Positions 54,546-62,427 of a stretch of 64,000 nucleotides of DNA are shown in pieces. The number at the start of each line of letters is the position of its first letter. Within the stretch, counting starts at the first letter, position 1. The notes under the pieces were generated by a model. That model had not been told where the DNA came from, ran no database searches, and saw nothing but the letters and a program-made list of their open reading frames with translations. The DNA is from Candidatus Omnitrophica bacterium UBA6249. Its GTDB lineage: Bacteria; Omnitrophota; Gorgyraeia; Gygaellales; Profunditerraquicolaceae. The translations under genes and the position numbers were made by a program. The stretch spans positions 178,766-242,765 of the forward strand of contig DJVT01000009.1 of assembly GCA_002441305.1 (NCBI GenBank). The letters run 5' to 3'.

Positions 54546-54603
54546 AATTCCTCCTTTCTCCCGTATTGTATCAAAAATTCATCTTAAAGCAAATATTTTA
54601 AAC

Positions 54604-54632
54604 TTGCTAAAACAGTGTTTAAGGTTTAGAAT
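54604..54632 (+). promoter_or_regulatory. promoter candidate (TTGCTA-N17-TAGAAT)
   Basis: TTGCTA 54604-54609, a 17-nt spacer, then TAGAAT 54627-54632. It lies 25 nt upstream of the gpmA ATG. Confidence 0.45.
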
Positions 54633-54656
54633 ATATCAACAATAACGGAGGGTTTG

Positions 54657-55406
54657 ATGAAAAAGATAGTACTGTTGAGGCATGGAGAGAGTGTTTGGAA
54701 TAAAGAAAACCGTTTTACCGGATGGACAGATGTGGATTTGTCCGAGAAGGGGATAGAGGAAGCGAAAAAAGCCGGGGCTGTGCTCAAGAAAGAAGGTTTT
54801 GTTTTCGATATGGCTTTTACTTCTGTGCTTAAGAGGGCAATTCGCACCCTTTGGCTTACTTTGGACGGCATGGATCTGATGTGGATACCGGTGTATAATT
54901 CCTGGAGGTTGAACGAAAGGCATTATGGTTCCCTGCAGGGGCTTAACAAGTCCGAGACCGCGGCCAAATACGGGGAAAAACAGGTGCTTGTCTGGAGAAG
55001 GAGTTATGATGTGCCTCCTATGCCCTTGGAAAAAAACGACCCGCGTTATCCGGGCAACGATCCAAGGTATGCCTCGCTTAAAGAAAAAGAAGTTCCTCTT
55101 ACCGAGTGCCTGAAGGATACGGTAAAACGCTTTCTTCCTTATTGGCACAGGACTATTGCCCCGGAAGTAAAAAGGGGCAGGCGGGTGGTTATCGCTGCGC
55201 ACGGCAATTCGCTGCGCGCGCTGGTTAAATACCTGGATAATATTTCCGAGGAAAAAATAGTCGGTTTGAATATCCCTACTGCTATGCCGCTGGTGTATGA
55301 ATTGGAAGATAACCTTAAGCCTATCAGGAGTTATTATTTAGGGGATCCCGAGGCTGTGAAGAAGGCAATGGAAGCGGTGGCCAACCAGGGTAAGGCTTCC
55401 GCGTAA
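54657..55406 (+). CDS. gpmA: 2,3-bisphosphoglycerate-dependent phosphoglycerate mutase
   Basis: [37 protein letters not shown] and [10 protein letters not shown]. Confidence 0.95.
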   Translation: MKKIVLLRHGESVWNKENRFTGWTDVDLSEKGIEEAKKAGAVLKKEGFVFDMAFTSVLKRAIRTLWLTLDGMDLMWIPVYNSWRLNERHYGSLQGLNKSETAAKYGEKQVLVWRRSYDVPPMPLEKNDPRYPGNDPRYASLKEKEVPLTECLKDTVKRFLPYWHRTIAPEVKRGRRVVIAAHGNSLRALVKYLDNISEEKIVGLNIPTAMPLVYELEDNLKPIRSYYLGDPEAVKKAMEAVANQGKASA

Positions 55407-55430
55407 GAGGCTTGGGACGGGAGGCGGATC

Positions 55431-55562
55431 ATGGGAGTGGAAAAAAGCGGGGAAAAATACAGGTGTAATATTTGCGGCAATGAGGTGCTTGTCGTCAAGG
55501 CGGGCGGAGGAGAGCTCGTTTGCTGCGGCAAGGCCATGGAAAAAATAGAAGAACAGGAATAG
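55431..55562 (+). CDS. desulforedoxin
   Basis: 43 aa, MGVEKSGEKYRCNICGNEVLVVKAGGGELVCCGKAMEKIEEQE. It has CxxC plus the adjacent CC pair diagnostic of desulforedoxin. Not in the ORF track. Confidence 0.8.
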   Translation: MGVEKSGEKYRCNICGNEVLVVKAGGGELVCCGKAMEKIEEQE

Positions 55563-55574
55563 AAAGGGGTTTTT

Positions 55575-56153
55575 ATGGCTAAATCGATCAAAGGCACAAG
55601 GACGGAAAAGAATCTGCTTAATGCTTTCGCGGGAGAGTCGCAAGCGCGGAACAGGTATACGTATTTTGCTTCGGTAGCGAAAAAAGAAGGTTTTGTGCAG
55701 ATAGCGAATATCTTCAGCGAGACCGCGGATAACGAGAAAGAGCACGCCAAGGTGTTTTTTAAATACCTTGAAGGCGGAGACGTGGAGATTACCGCCTCTT
55801 ATCCTGCCGGCATGATCAAGGACACGAAGACAAATCTCGAAGAGGCTGCGGCAGGGGAGAATCTGGAATGGACCACTCTTTATTCGGATTTTGCCAAGGT
55901 CGCAAGCGATGAGGGGTTTTTCGAGATAAGCCGTTCCTTCGAGCAGATAGCGAAAGTTGAAAAGTTCCATGAGGCAAGATACAGGAAACTGATCAATAAC
56001 GTAGCTAATGATGAAGTATTCAAGAAGAGGGGTCCGGTTAAATGGCACTGCGCCAATTGCGGTTATGTTTTTGAAGGAGCGGAAGCCCCTGCGGAGTGTC
56101 CTTCATGCAGGCATCCACAGGCATTTTTTGAACTGCTTGCGGAGAATTATTAA
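55575..56153 (+). CDS. rbr: rubrerythrin
   Basis: 192 aa. Diiron four-helix motifs (TEKNLLNAFAGESQARNRY, EKEHA) and a C-terminal rubredoxin-like CANCG...CPSC. Confidence 0.95.
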   Translation: MAKSIKGTRTEKNLLNAFAGESQARNRYTYFASVAKKEGFVQIANIFSETADNEKEHAKVFFKYLEGGDVEITASYPAGMIKDTKTNLEEAAAGENLEWTTLYSDFAKVASDEGFFEISRSFEQIAKVEKFHEARYRKLINNVANDEVFKKRGPVKWHCANCGYVFEGAEAPAECPSCRHPQAFFELLAENY

Positions 56154-56190
56154 TATCCGGCGTTTGCGTGCGTCCGGGTTACCCCGGAGG

Positions 56191-56694
56191 ATGGCGCTGG
56201 TCTTGTTTTCTGCCTGGGCGTTGTTTGCCGGAAGCACGGTGTACGGGGAGGCATCGATGAAGATATCCAGTCCTGAATTTGAATACGGATCGGCGATTCC
56301 CGCTGAATTTACCTGCCAGGGGAAGGGGGTAAACCCTCCTTTATCCATTGATAGCTTGCCGCCGGAGGCGAAGACGCTTGTATTGATTGTCGATGATCCC
56401 GATGCACCGGGAGGAGATTTTGTGCATTGGGTAGTTTATGATATTCCGGCTGCCGGGAGAATAGATATAGAAAAAGATTCTGTCCCCGGCAGGCAGGGGG
56501 TCAATTCGGCGGGGCGCCTCGGATATATAAGCCCCTGTCCTCCTTCGGGCACGCATAGGTATTTTTTTAAGATTTACGCACTGGGTAAAGAGCTTGCTTT
56601 AGGGGATGGATTAAGCAAGCGCGATATAGAAGAGGAAATGAAAGGGAATATCCTGGACAAGGCCGAATTGATGGGGCTTTACCGCAAAAAATAG
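56191..56694 (+). CDS. YbhB/YbcL-family PEBP (Raf kinase inhibitor-like) protein, secreted
   Basis: Signal-like MALVLFSAWALFAGSTVYG. Contains DDPDAPGG.FVHW and CPPSGTHRYFFKIYAL. Start at 56191, after the rbr stop. Confidence 0.85.
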   Translation: MALVLFSAWALFAGSTVYGEASMKISSPEFEYGSAIPAEFTCQGKGVNPPLSIDSLPPEAKTLVLIVDDPDAPGGDFVHWVVYDIPAAGRIDIEKDSVPGRQGVNSAGRLGYISPCPPSGTHRYFFKIYALGKELALGDGLSKRDIEEEMKGNILDKAELMGLYRKK

Positions 56695-56714
56695 TTCAGC
56701 AGGGGATCTTGTAT

Positions 56715-57209
56715 ATGGCAAATTTTTCTTTTGATATTGTTTCGGAAACAGACTTGCAGGAGATCGACAATGCCGTCAACCAGGCGGTAAAGGAACTCGG
56801 GCAAAGGTATGATTTCAAGGGGAGCAAGTCTTCTCTCGCTTTTGACCGCAAGGAAAAAATCATAACCCTGATTGCGGATGATGATTTTAAATTGCGCGCG
56901 CTTACCGATATCCTGGCTACCCGCCTGGCAAAAAGAGGGGTGTCGATCAAGGCGGTAAAATTCGGCGTACCCGAAAAAGCGTTTGAAGGTTACCTGCGGC
57001 AGAAAGCCGATATCTGCATGGGGATAGACAGGGAAAAGGCAAAAGAACTGGTATCTATAATAAAAGGGCTGGGTTTAAAAGTGCAGTCTCAGATAGAGGG
57101 CGAAAAAATAAAAGTCAGTTCTGCCAAGAAGGATGATTTGCAGGCGGTCATCGCGCACCTGCGCGGAATTGATTTTTCTTTGCCTTTAGGGTTTTGTAAT
57201 TTCCGCTGA
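56715..57209 (+). CDS. yajQ: YajQ-family nucleotide (c-di-GMP)-binding protein
   Basis: MANFSFDIVSETDLQEIDNAVNQAVKELGQRYDFKGS is typical UPF0234/YajQ. Confidence 0.9.
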   Translation: MANFSFDIVSETDLQEIDNAVNQAVKELGQRYDFKGSKSSLAFDRKEKIITLIADDDFKLRALTDILATRLAKRGVSIKAVKFGVPEKAFEGYLRQKADICMGIDREKAKELVSIIKGLGLKVQSQIEGEKIKVSSAKKDDLQAVIAHLRGIDFSLPLGFCNFR

Positions 57210-57293
57210 AATTTTATTTTTTATTTTTGTCTTTTATGTTATAATGTTTTCATTATGCGGGTGCTCTGCGATAAGAAGAAAGGAAGCGTTAAG

Positions 57294-57695
57294 ATGCGTT
57301 TTCTGACAGTATCAATCACAGTCTTCTGTTTCCTGGCTTTGAGCCAAGGCTTGGCTTTAGCCCAGCAGGATGCCATGCTCGCAGTGGCCGAGGAATTTCA
57401 CAAGATCGATAAAGATAAAAGCGGCAAGCTTAGCCCGGAAGAGATGCAGTCTTACCAGGAAGATAAGTTCGGGGAACTGGACAAGGACAAGAACGGTTAC
57501 CTCGATATTTCTGAATTATCCACCGATCGTACGGGCACTCACCGCATTGCCGACAAGAATATGGACGGCAAGGTTACCAAGAAAGAGTCGGATTCGCAGT
57601 TCAGGGAATATTTCCAGCAGATGGATAAGGACAAGGATGGCCAGGTTTCAGAAGCCGAATATACCGATTACTGGAAATTGATATACAGATTTTGA
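57294..57695 (+). CDS. secreted four-EF-hand calcium-binding protein
   Basis: Signal peptide MRFLTVSITVFCFLALSQGLALA. Four DxDxDG-type loops: DKDKSGKLSPEE, DKDKNGYLDISE, DKNMDGKVTKKE and DKDKDGQVSEAE. Confidence 0.8.
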   Translation: MRFLTVSITVFCFLALSQGLALAQQDAMLAVAEEFHKIDKDKSGKLSPEEMQSYQEDKFGELDKDKNGYLDISELSTDRTGTHRIADKNMDGKVTKKESDSQFREYFQQMDKDKDGQVSEAEYTDYWKLIYRF

Positions 57696-57774
57696 GCCAG
57701 ATTTTACCTAAGGCGCTGTATCTTTACGGACAAGATGTCACCGGAAAATAAAAACCAGCAAAAAGGAGGTAAAC

Positions 57775-57867
57775 ATGGCCTGTGGCTGCAAAAAGACCAA
57801 AAAGAAAGTAGCGAAAAAAACAGTAAAAAAAGCAGTAAAGAAAGTGGCAAAAAAGAAAAAGAGATAA
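57775..57867 (+). CDS. 30-aa lysine-rich microprotein (MACGCKKTKKKVAKKTVKKAVKKVAKKKKR)
   Basis: Strong SD AAAGGAGGT 57762-57770 lies 5 nt before the ATG, and a strong terminator begins 20 nt after the stop. No family recognised. Confidence 0.55.
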   Translation: MACGCKKTKKKVAKKTVKKAVKKVAKKKKR

Positions 57868-57886
57868 GTTTTTCGGAAAAAAGTTG

Positions 57887-57919
57887 CGGGGCTGGATATC
57901 TTTCCAGCCCCGTTTCTTT
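57887..57919 (+). terminator. intrinsic terminator
   Basis: CGGGGCTGGA 57887-57896 pairs perfectly (10 bp) with TCCAGCCCCG 57903-57912 around a 6-nt loop. TTTCTTT follows. Confidence 0.8.
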
Positions 57920-57929
57920 AGGGGCTTAG

Positions 57930-58997
57930 ATGAAAAGCAAGGTATATTTCATCCGTTCGGATAAGGCGGATGATCTCCAGTCGGTAAATAAGAGGCTGCA
58001 TCTTTTGCTTGAAAACAGCGGCATACTCTCTCCCGTGGCGAAGAGCGGCAGGGTGGTGGTGAAAGTGCATTTTGGGGAGGAAGGTAACACCGGCTATGTC
58101 AGGCCGGAGCATTTGCGGCTGATATGCGACAAGATCTCAGCCTGCGGCGGCATGCCGGTGTTGTCGGATGCGAATACTTTGTACAGGGGGAGGCGTTTGA
58201 ATTCAGCCGACCACCTGAAACTCGCCTACGAGCATGGTTTTACGAGGGAGGTATGCGGGGCGGAAGTGGTTATTCCCGACGATACCAGAAAAGAAGAAAC
58301 GGTTTCTGTAGAGATAAACCGGCAGTTTATCAAGGAAGCGAAACTCGCGCGTATTTTTGTGGAAAGCGACGCCCTTGTGGCGGTAAGCCATTTCAAGGGC
58401 CATACCCTTACCGGTTTCGGCGGAGCATTGAAGAACCTGGGCATGGGATGCGCTACCCGGGAAGGGAAGCTCGCCCAGCATTGCGATTTGGCCCCCGTGG
58501 TGCGCGTTGAAGAGTGCATAGGATGCGGAGAGTGTAAGCGTATCTGTCCGGTATCCGCGATATCCCTCAGAGACGGCAAATCGGTGATAGACGCATCCAA
58601 GTGCATAGGATGCGCCAGTTGCGTGGCGGCCTGCCCTACCTTTGCCATGTTCATCGACCTTCATGCCGGCGACAAGGTAAAATACAAAATGGTGGAATAC
58701 GCTTCCGCTGTCCTCAAAAAGATGGGCGGGAAGATAGCGTTTATAAATTTTGCGCTCAAGATCAACAAAGAGTGCGATTGCTGGGGTATGGAAAATCCGC
58801 GTATCGCCCCGGATGTGGGGATATTCGCTTCTTATGACCCGGTAAGCGTGGACAAGGCAAGCCTGGATATGGTGAATAAGATTTGCGGAAAGGACATCTT
58901 TAAGGATACCCATCCCGACCAGGACGGGATGAAACAGCTTGAGTACGCCGAGGAGATAGGGTTAGGGAATCTTGATTACGACCTGGTAGAGCTTTAA
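57930..58997 (+). CDS. DUF362 domain protein with two 4Fe-4S ferredoxin motifs
   Basis: 355 aa with CIGCGECKRICP and CIGCASCVAACP. N-terminal VVVKVHFGEEGN is typical of DUF362. Confidence 0.75.
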   Translation: MKSKVYFIRSDKADDLQSVNKRLHLLLENSGILSPVAKSGRVVVKVHFGEEGNTGYVRPEHLRLICDKISACGGMPVLSDANTLYRGRRLNSADHLKLAYEHGFTREVCGAEVVIPDDTRKEETVSVEINRQFIKEAKLARIFVESDALVAVSHFKGHTLTGFGGALKNLGMGCATREGKLAQHCDLAPVVRVEECIGCGECKRICPVSAISLRDGKSVIDASKCIGCASCVAACPTFAMFIDLHAGDKVKYKMVEYASAVLKKMGGKIAFINFALKINKECDCWGMENPRIAPDVGIFASYDPVSVDKASLDMVNKICGKDIFKDTHPDQDGMKQLEYAEEIGLGNLDYDLVEL

Positions 58998-59022
58998 CGC
59001 GTTATCAATACCGGAGGCTAAG

Positions 59023-59427
59023 ATGGCAGATAACCTTCAAGGAAAAGAACGCAGGATGTCCGACCGCATCGACGCCGCTTTTACTCTTACCTACAGCGTA
59101 GAGAAATCGTATACTTTGCATATCCGGCTTGGCTTGGTAGACAATGTGGATGCGGTGATGCTGAACCTGAGCGATTCCGGCATGGCGATCATCACGGATT
59201 ACGATATTCCTAAAGGGGCGCAGCTTTATATAAAATTCGATCTTATAAATATGCGTTTAAGCGGAGATGACCGCTGGAAGTCTATGAAGATAACCGGGGA
59301 AACCGTCTCCAGCGTGAAGATGAAAGACGAGAATTACAGAGTAGGCATACGTTTTATGAAGATATCGGAAGAGGACAGGCAGTCTATCGGCAATTTTGTT
59401 TTCCGCAACAAGATACCATCGGCTTAA
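59023..59427 (+). CDS. PilZ domain protein
   Basis: 134 aa with ERRMSDR (RxxxR) and LNLSDSGMAI (DxSxxG). Confidence 0.75.
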   Translation: MADNLQGKERRMSDRIDAAFTLTYSVEKSYTLHIRLGLVDNVDAVMLNLSDSGMAIITDYDIPKGAQLYIKFDLINMRLSGDDRWKSMKITGETVSSVKMKDENYRVGIRFMKISEEDRQSIGNFVFRNKIPSA

Positions 59428-59459
59428 AAATTTCTAACCCGGCGATAGGAGGACGCGAT

Positions 59460-59648
59460 ATGACAACAAACGGTAGAAATAGGAAAAAAGGTTCAGCGCT
59501 TCTTTTCGGGGAAAGCATAACCGAAAGAATACGCAGGAGGGCGCAGGAGATTTACGAGAAGAGGGGGCGTATTCAGGGCAACGATTGGGCCGATTGGTTC
59601 GAAGCGGAGAGGCAGATAAAAGCCGAACTTGACAGGAAAATTTTTTAG
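59460..59648 (+). CDS. DUF2934-like small protein
   Basis: 62 aa. IRRRAQEIYEKRGRIQGNDWADWFEAERQI matches the DUF2934 pattern I recall. Confidence 0.6.
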   Translation: MTTNGRNRKKGSALLFGESITERIRRRAQEIYEKRGRIQGNDWADWFEAERQIKAELDRKIF

Positions 59649-59671
59649 CGCATTGGAGTAAGGAGGTGGTG

Positions 59672-60037
59672 ATGAGGGGTTATATATTGTCCGCTTGTTT
59701 GTTTCTCGCCGCGTTCTTATGTTTCCCGGCCCATTCAAGGGCAGAGATCGGGGATGGGGATACCAGGTGGGGGGCTACTCCTTTGCATAAGCTTGAAAGG
59801 GGGGTAATCAATCTTTGCACCTGCCCGCTTGAGCTTCCCGCCAGCATGGTCAGCGTCGCAGATGAGAAGGGGGAGATTTTCGGGTTTGTAATAGGGGCCG
59901 CCGAAGGGGCGGTTACCGTTTTGTTCAGGGCGGTCTCCGGGGCCTATGACACGCTTACTTTCTTTATTCCTTCGTATAGCAGGCCGATCATGGAACCTGA
60001 ATATGCCATAGAGAGTTTCGAGGAAGCCATGAGGTAG
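59672..60037 (+). CDS. exosortase-system-associated protein, TIGR04073-like
   Basis: Signal peptide, then KLERGVINLCTCPLELP...GAAEGAVTVLFRAVSGAYDTLTFFIP is the family pattern as I recall it. Confidence 0.6.
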   Translation: MRGYILSACLFLAAFLCFPAHSRAEIGDGDTRWGATPLHKLERGVINLCTCPLELPASMVSVADEKGEIFGFVIGAAEGAVTVLFRAVSGAYDTLTFFIPSYSRPIMEPEYAIESFEEAMR

Positions 60038-60045
60038 GAGGCGTT

Positions 60046-60408
60046 ATGAGCCAGTTATTGTATATTGCAGTGGGCGTTACGGCTGGAGTATTGAGCGGCA
60101 TGCTTGGGATCGGGGGAGGGATAATCCTGATTCCGGCTTTAATATTTATATTCGGGCTGAGCCAGCTCCAGGCGCAGGGTACGACACTTGCCTTGATGGT
60201 GCCTCCGATTGGTCTTCTTGCCGCTTTACGTTATTACCAGTCCGGCAATGTAAAGCTGGGAATGGCGGGTTTTATCTGCCTGGGATTCTTTGCCGGCGGG
60301 CTTATCGGGGCGAATTTGGTGCAGAATATCCCGGAGCATTTGTTGAGGAGAATATTCGCCGTATTCTTATTCCTGGTCTCCCTGCGCATGTTTTTCGGAA
60401 AGGCATAA
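60046..60408 (+). CDS. half-size TauE/SafE-family membrane protein
   Basis: 120 aa with 4 predicted TM helices. GMLGIGGGIILIPALIF is a TauE-like motif. Confidence 0.65.
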   Translation: MSQLLYIAVGVTAGVLSGMLGIGGGIILIPALIFIFGLSQLQAQGTTLALMVPPIGLLAALRYYQSGNVKLGMAGFICLGFFAGGLIGANLVQNIPEHLLRRIFAVFLFLVSLRMFFGKA

Positions 60409-60424
60409 AAGCAAAAGGAAATAG

Positions 60425-61156
60425 ATGAACCTGCTGCTGTTCCTTATCGTTATCGGCGTATCGTTTATTATAGTTAAGATCGGGGCGCTCGTTTTCCACC
60501 TGACCGGGCTGCCCTGGCCTCTGGCCACATTCCAGGCATTGTCGTGTTTTACGGGAACAGGATTTACTACCCGGGAATCGGAATTGATTACCAATAATCC
60601 CCAGAGGCGGAAGATTGCCTCTGTTTTGATTATCCTGGGCCATGCCGGGCTGGTTACCCTGATCGCCACATTCGCCAATTCATTAAGGACGGACCTGGTA
60701 ACCATATACAGAATTCCTTTTGTCAATTCTATCGTCCCTTCTTATTGGGTGCCCTGGGTAAACTTGATAATCATTATCCTGGGGATATATGTCATATATA
60801 GGGTTGTCGTCAATTCCAGGCTTGCGGTGAAGTTAACCGCTATACTCAAGGAATACCTGGTTAGAAAACAGGTTATCCAGCCTGTTTTCTTTGAGGAGCT
60901 TATCGGGGTATCCGGCGGTTACGGCGTTTCCCGCATAGAAATTTGTCCTAAGAGCCCGGTTTCGAATAAGAGCATCGGGGAAACAGGCTTGCTTAAGTCC
61001 AATATATTTGTTTTGGCTTTGGAGAGGGGAGGCGAGATAACCCCTAATCCTCCTGCGGATATTAAAATTATCCCGGGCGATAGTTTTGTTTGTTTTGGCA
61101 AGCTAACCGATATCCGTAAGAAATTGTGCGCGGCAGAGGAGGAAGGCAATGTTTGA
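60425..61156 (+). CDS. membrane protein with one M1-pore loop-M2-like unit plus a C-terminal TrkA_C (RCK_C) domain
   Basis: 243 aa. TM1 (res 3-24), loop FQALSCFTGTGFTT (res 36-49), TM2, a third TM, then an RCK_C-like region (ICPKSPVSNKSIGETGL...VLALERGGEITPNPPADIKIIPGDSFVCFG). Confidence 0.6.
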   Translation: MNLLLFLIVIGVSFIIVKIGALVFHLTGLPWPLATFQALSCFTGTGFTTRESELITNNPQRRKIASVLIILGHAGLVTLIATFANSLRTDLVTIYRIPFVNSIVPSYWVPWVNLIIIILGIYVIYRVVVNSRLAVKLTAILKEYLVRKQVIQPVFFEELIGVSGGYGVSRIEICPKSPVSNKSIGETGLLKSNIFVLALERGGEITPNPPADIKIIPGDSFVCFGKLTDIRKKLCAAEEEGNV

Positions 61157-61256
61157 AAGGATGATAAGGCATAAATATTTTTTTCACATCCTGGCAGTCC
61201 TGGTTATCGTTGCGACAACGGCTCTTTTTATCATTTTCAGCGGCACCTCCAATTGA
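61149..61256 (+). CDS. possible 35-aa single-TM peptide
   Basis: MFERMIRHKYFFHILAVLVIVATTALFIIFSGTSN. Its ATG overlaps the upstream stop (ATGTTTGA). No SD beyond the coupling, so this is speculative. Confidence 0.3.
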   Translation: MFERMIRHKYFFHILAVLVIVATTALFIIFSGTSN

Positions 61257-61288
61257 TTTATCGGTAAACAGGCCTCTATAATTACCGG

Positions 61289-62305
61289 ATGAATAGAATC
61301 GGTCCAATAATCCTTCTCTCAATCATTCTTTTATCGAAAGGCGCCATGGCTGCCCAGGATAAAATAAAAATATTCGATGTCAAATCCGGCAAGACCATTG
61401 AAGTCGACAAGATAACCAAAAGCGATGCCGAATGGCAGAAGATCCTTACCCCGGAGCAGTTCCGAGTAATGCGGCTGAAAGGCACTGAAACCCCCTTTAA
61501 AGAAACATGCCCTATTCCTCCTGAAGGAGAAAACGGATTTTACCAGTGCGCAGGATGCGCTACGGATTTATTTAAATACAGTGCTAAATTCGAATCGGGG
61601 ACTGGTTGGCCAAGTTTTTGGGAACCGGTATCGGAATTAAATATAATATTGAAAGAAGATAATAGTTTTGGCATGAAAAGGACGGAGGTCCTATGCGCGC
61701 GCTGCGGCGCGCACCTGGGGCATGTTTTTAATGACGGCCCCCAGCCGGCAGGGAAGCGTTATTGTATTAATGCCGTAGCTTTGAAGTTGGCTGAGTTGCC
61801 GGTTTTGTCCGGGACCAGGCCTGTTTTAGAGAAAGCCGCCTTCGCGGCAGGCTGTTTTTGGGGAGTTGAAGCGGCATTTCAGCAGGCAAAAGGAGTTGTT
61901 TCTGCCGTATCCGGGTATATGGGCGGCAAGACTAAAAATCCCACATATGAAGAAGTCTGCACAGGCGAAACCGGGCACGCCGAAACAGTCCTGGTTGAGT
62001 ACGACCCCGGCAAGGTTTCCTATGAACAGCTTTTGAGCCTTTTTTTCGCCATGCACGATCCGACTACGCTTGACCGGCAGGGCCCGGATTCGGGTTCGCA
62101 GTACCGTTCGGCAATTTTTTATTACACCCCTGAGCAGGGGAGGGCTGCGGAGAATTTCAAGGAAAAGCTCCGCGATTCGCATAAATTCAGGGATCCGGTT
62201 GTGACCGAGATTTCACCTGCGGGAGAATTTTATAAAGCGGAAGATTACCACCAGAAATACTTCGAAAAACGAGGCGTAAAGCCTACCTGCCGCATCCCCT
62301 TATAA
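61289..62305 (+). CDS. msrAB: secreted bifunctional methionine sulfoxide reductase MsrB-MsrA
   Basis: Signal-like N-terminus. MsrB half (CAGC...GTGWPSF...CARCGAHLGHVF) and MsrA half (AAGCFWGVE...DPTTLDRQGPD.GSQYRS). Confidence 0.9.
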   Translation: MNRIGPIILLSIILLSKGAMAAQDKIKIFDVKSGKTIEVDKITKSDAEWQKILTPEQFRVMRLKGTETPFKETCPIPPEGENGFYQCAGCATDLFKYSAKFESGTGWPSFWEPVSELNIILKEDNSFGMKRTEVLCARCGAHLGHVFNDGPQPAGKRYCINAVALKLAELPVLSGTRPVLEKAAFAAGCFWGVEAAFQQAKGVVSAVSGYMGGKTKNPTYEEVCTGETGHAETVLVEYDPGKVSYEQLLSLFFAMHDPTTLDRQGPDSGSQYRSAIFYYTPEQGRAAENFKEKLRDSHKFRDPVVTEISPAGEFYKAEDYHQKYFEKRGVKPTCRIPL

Positions 62306-62390
62306 AAGACCACAGATCGAAAATTTCATAAAAACCCGGGGCTGACAGCCTGGGGGTATGGCAATATCCTGCGGTAAATATATTTTTTTC

Positions 62391-62420
62391 TTGACAATAC
62401 ACACAAATGTGTGGTATATC
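62391..62420 (+). promoter_or_regulatory. lexA promoter with an embedded inverted repeat (candidate LexA operator)
   Basis: TTGACA 62391-62396, then extended -10 TGgTATATC 62412-62420, with an A/T-rich stretch upstream. The inverted repeat CACACA-AA-TGTGTG 62400-62413 fills the spacer. Confidence 0.55.
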
Positions 62421-62427
62421 TGTAGGC

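Noticed and set aside
57735-57929. 64-aa ORF from the track (MSPENKNQQKGGKHGLWLQK...).
   Set aside because: It has no SD, a low-complexity translation, and it reads straight through the strong terminator hairpin at 57887-57919. The overlapping 30-aa frame with a canonical SD is the better model.
62320-62365. Hairpin-like sequence ACCCGGGGCTGACAGCCTGGGGGT after msrBA, considered as a terminator.
   Set aside because: The stem has internal mismatches and is not followed by a T run. At best it is a weak terminator, so I did not annotate it.
62407-62427. ORF-track start of lexA at ATG 62407 (MCGISVG...).
   Set aside because: The codon lies inside the inverted repeat and upstream of the -10 hexamer. 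LexA homologs begin near MKxLT, which matches ATG 62428 or 62434.
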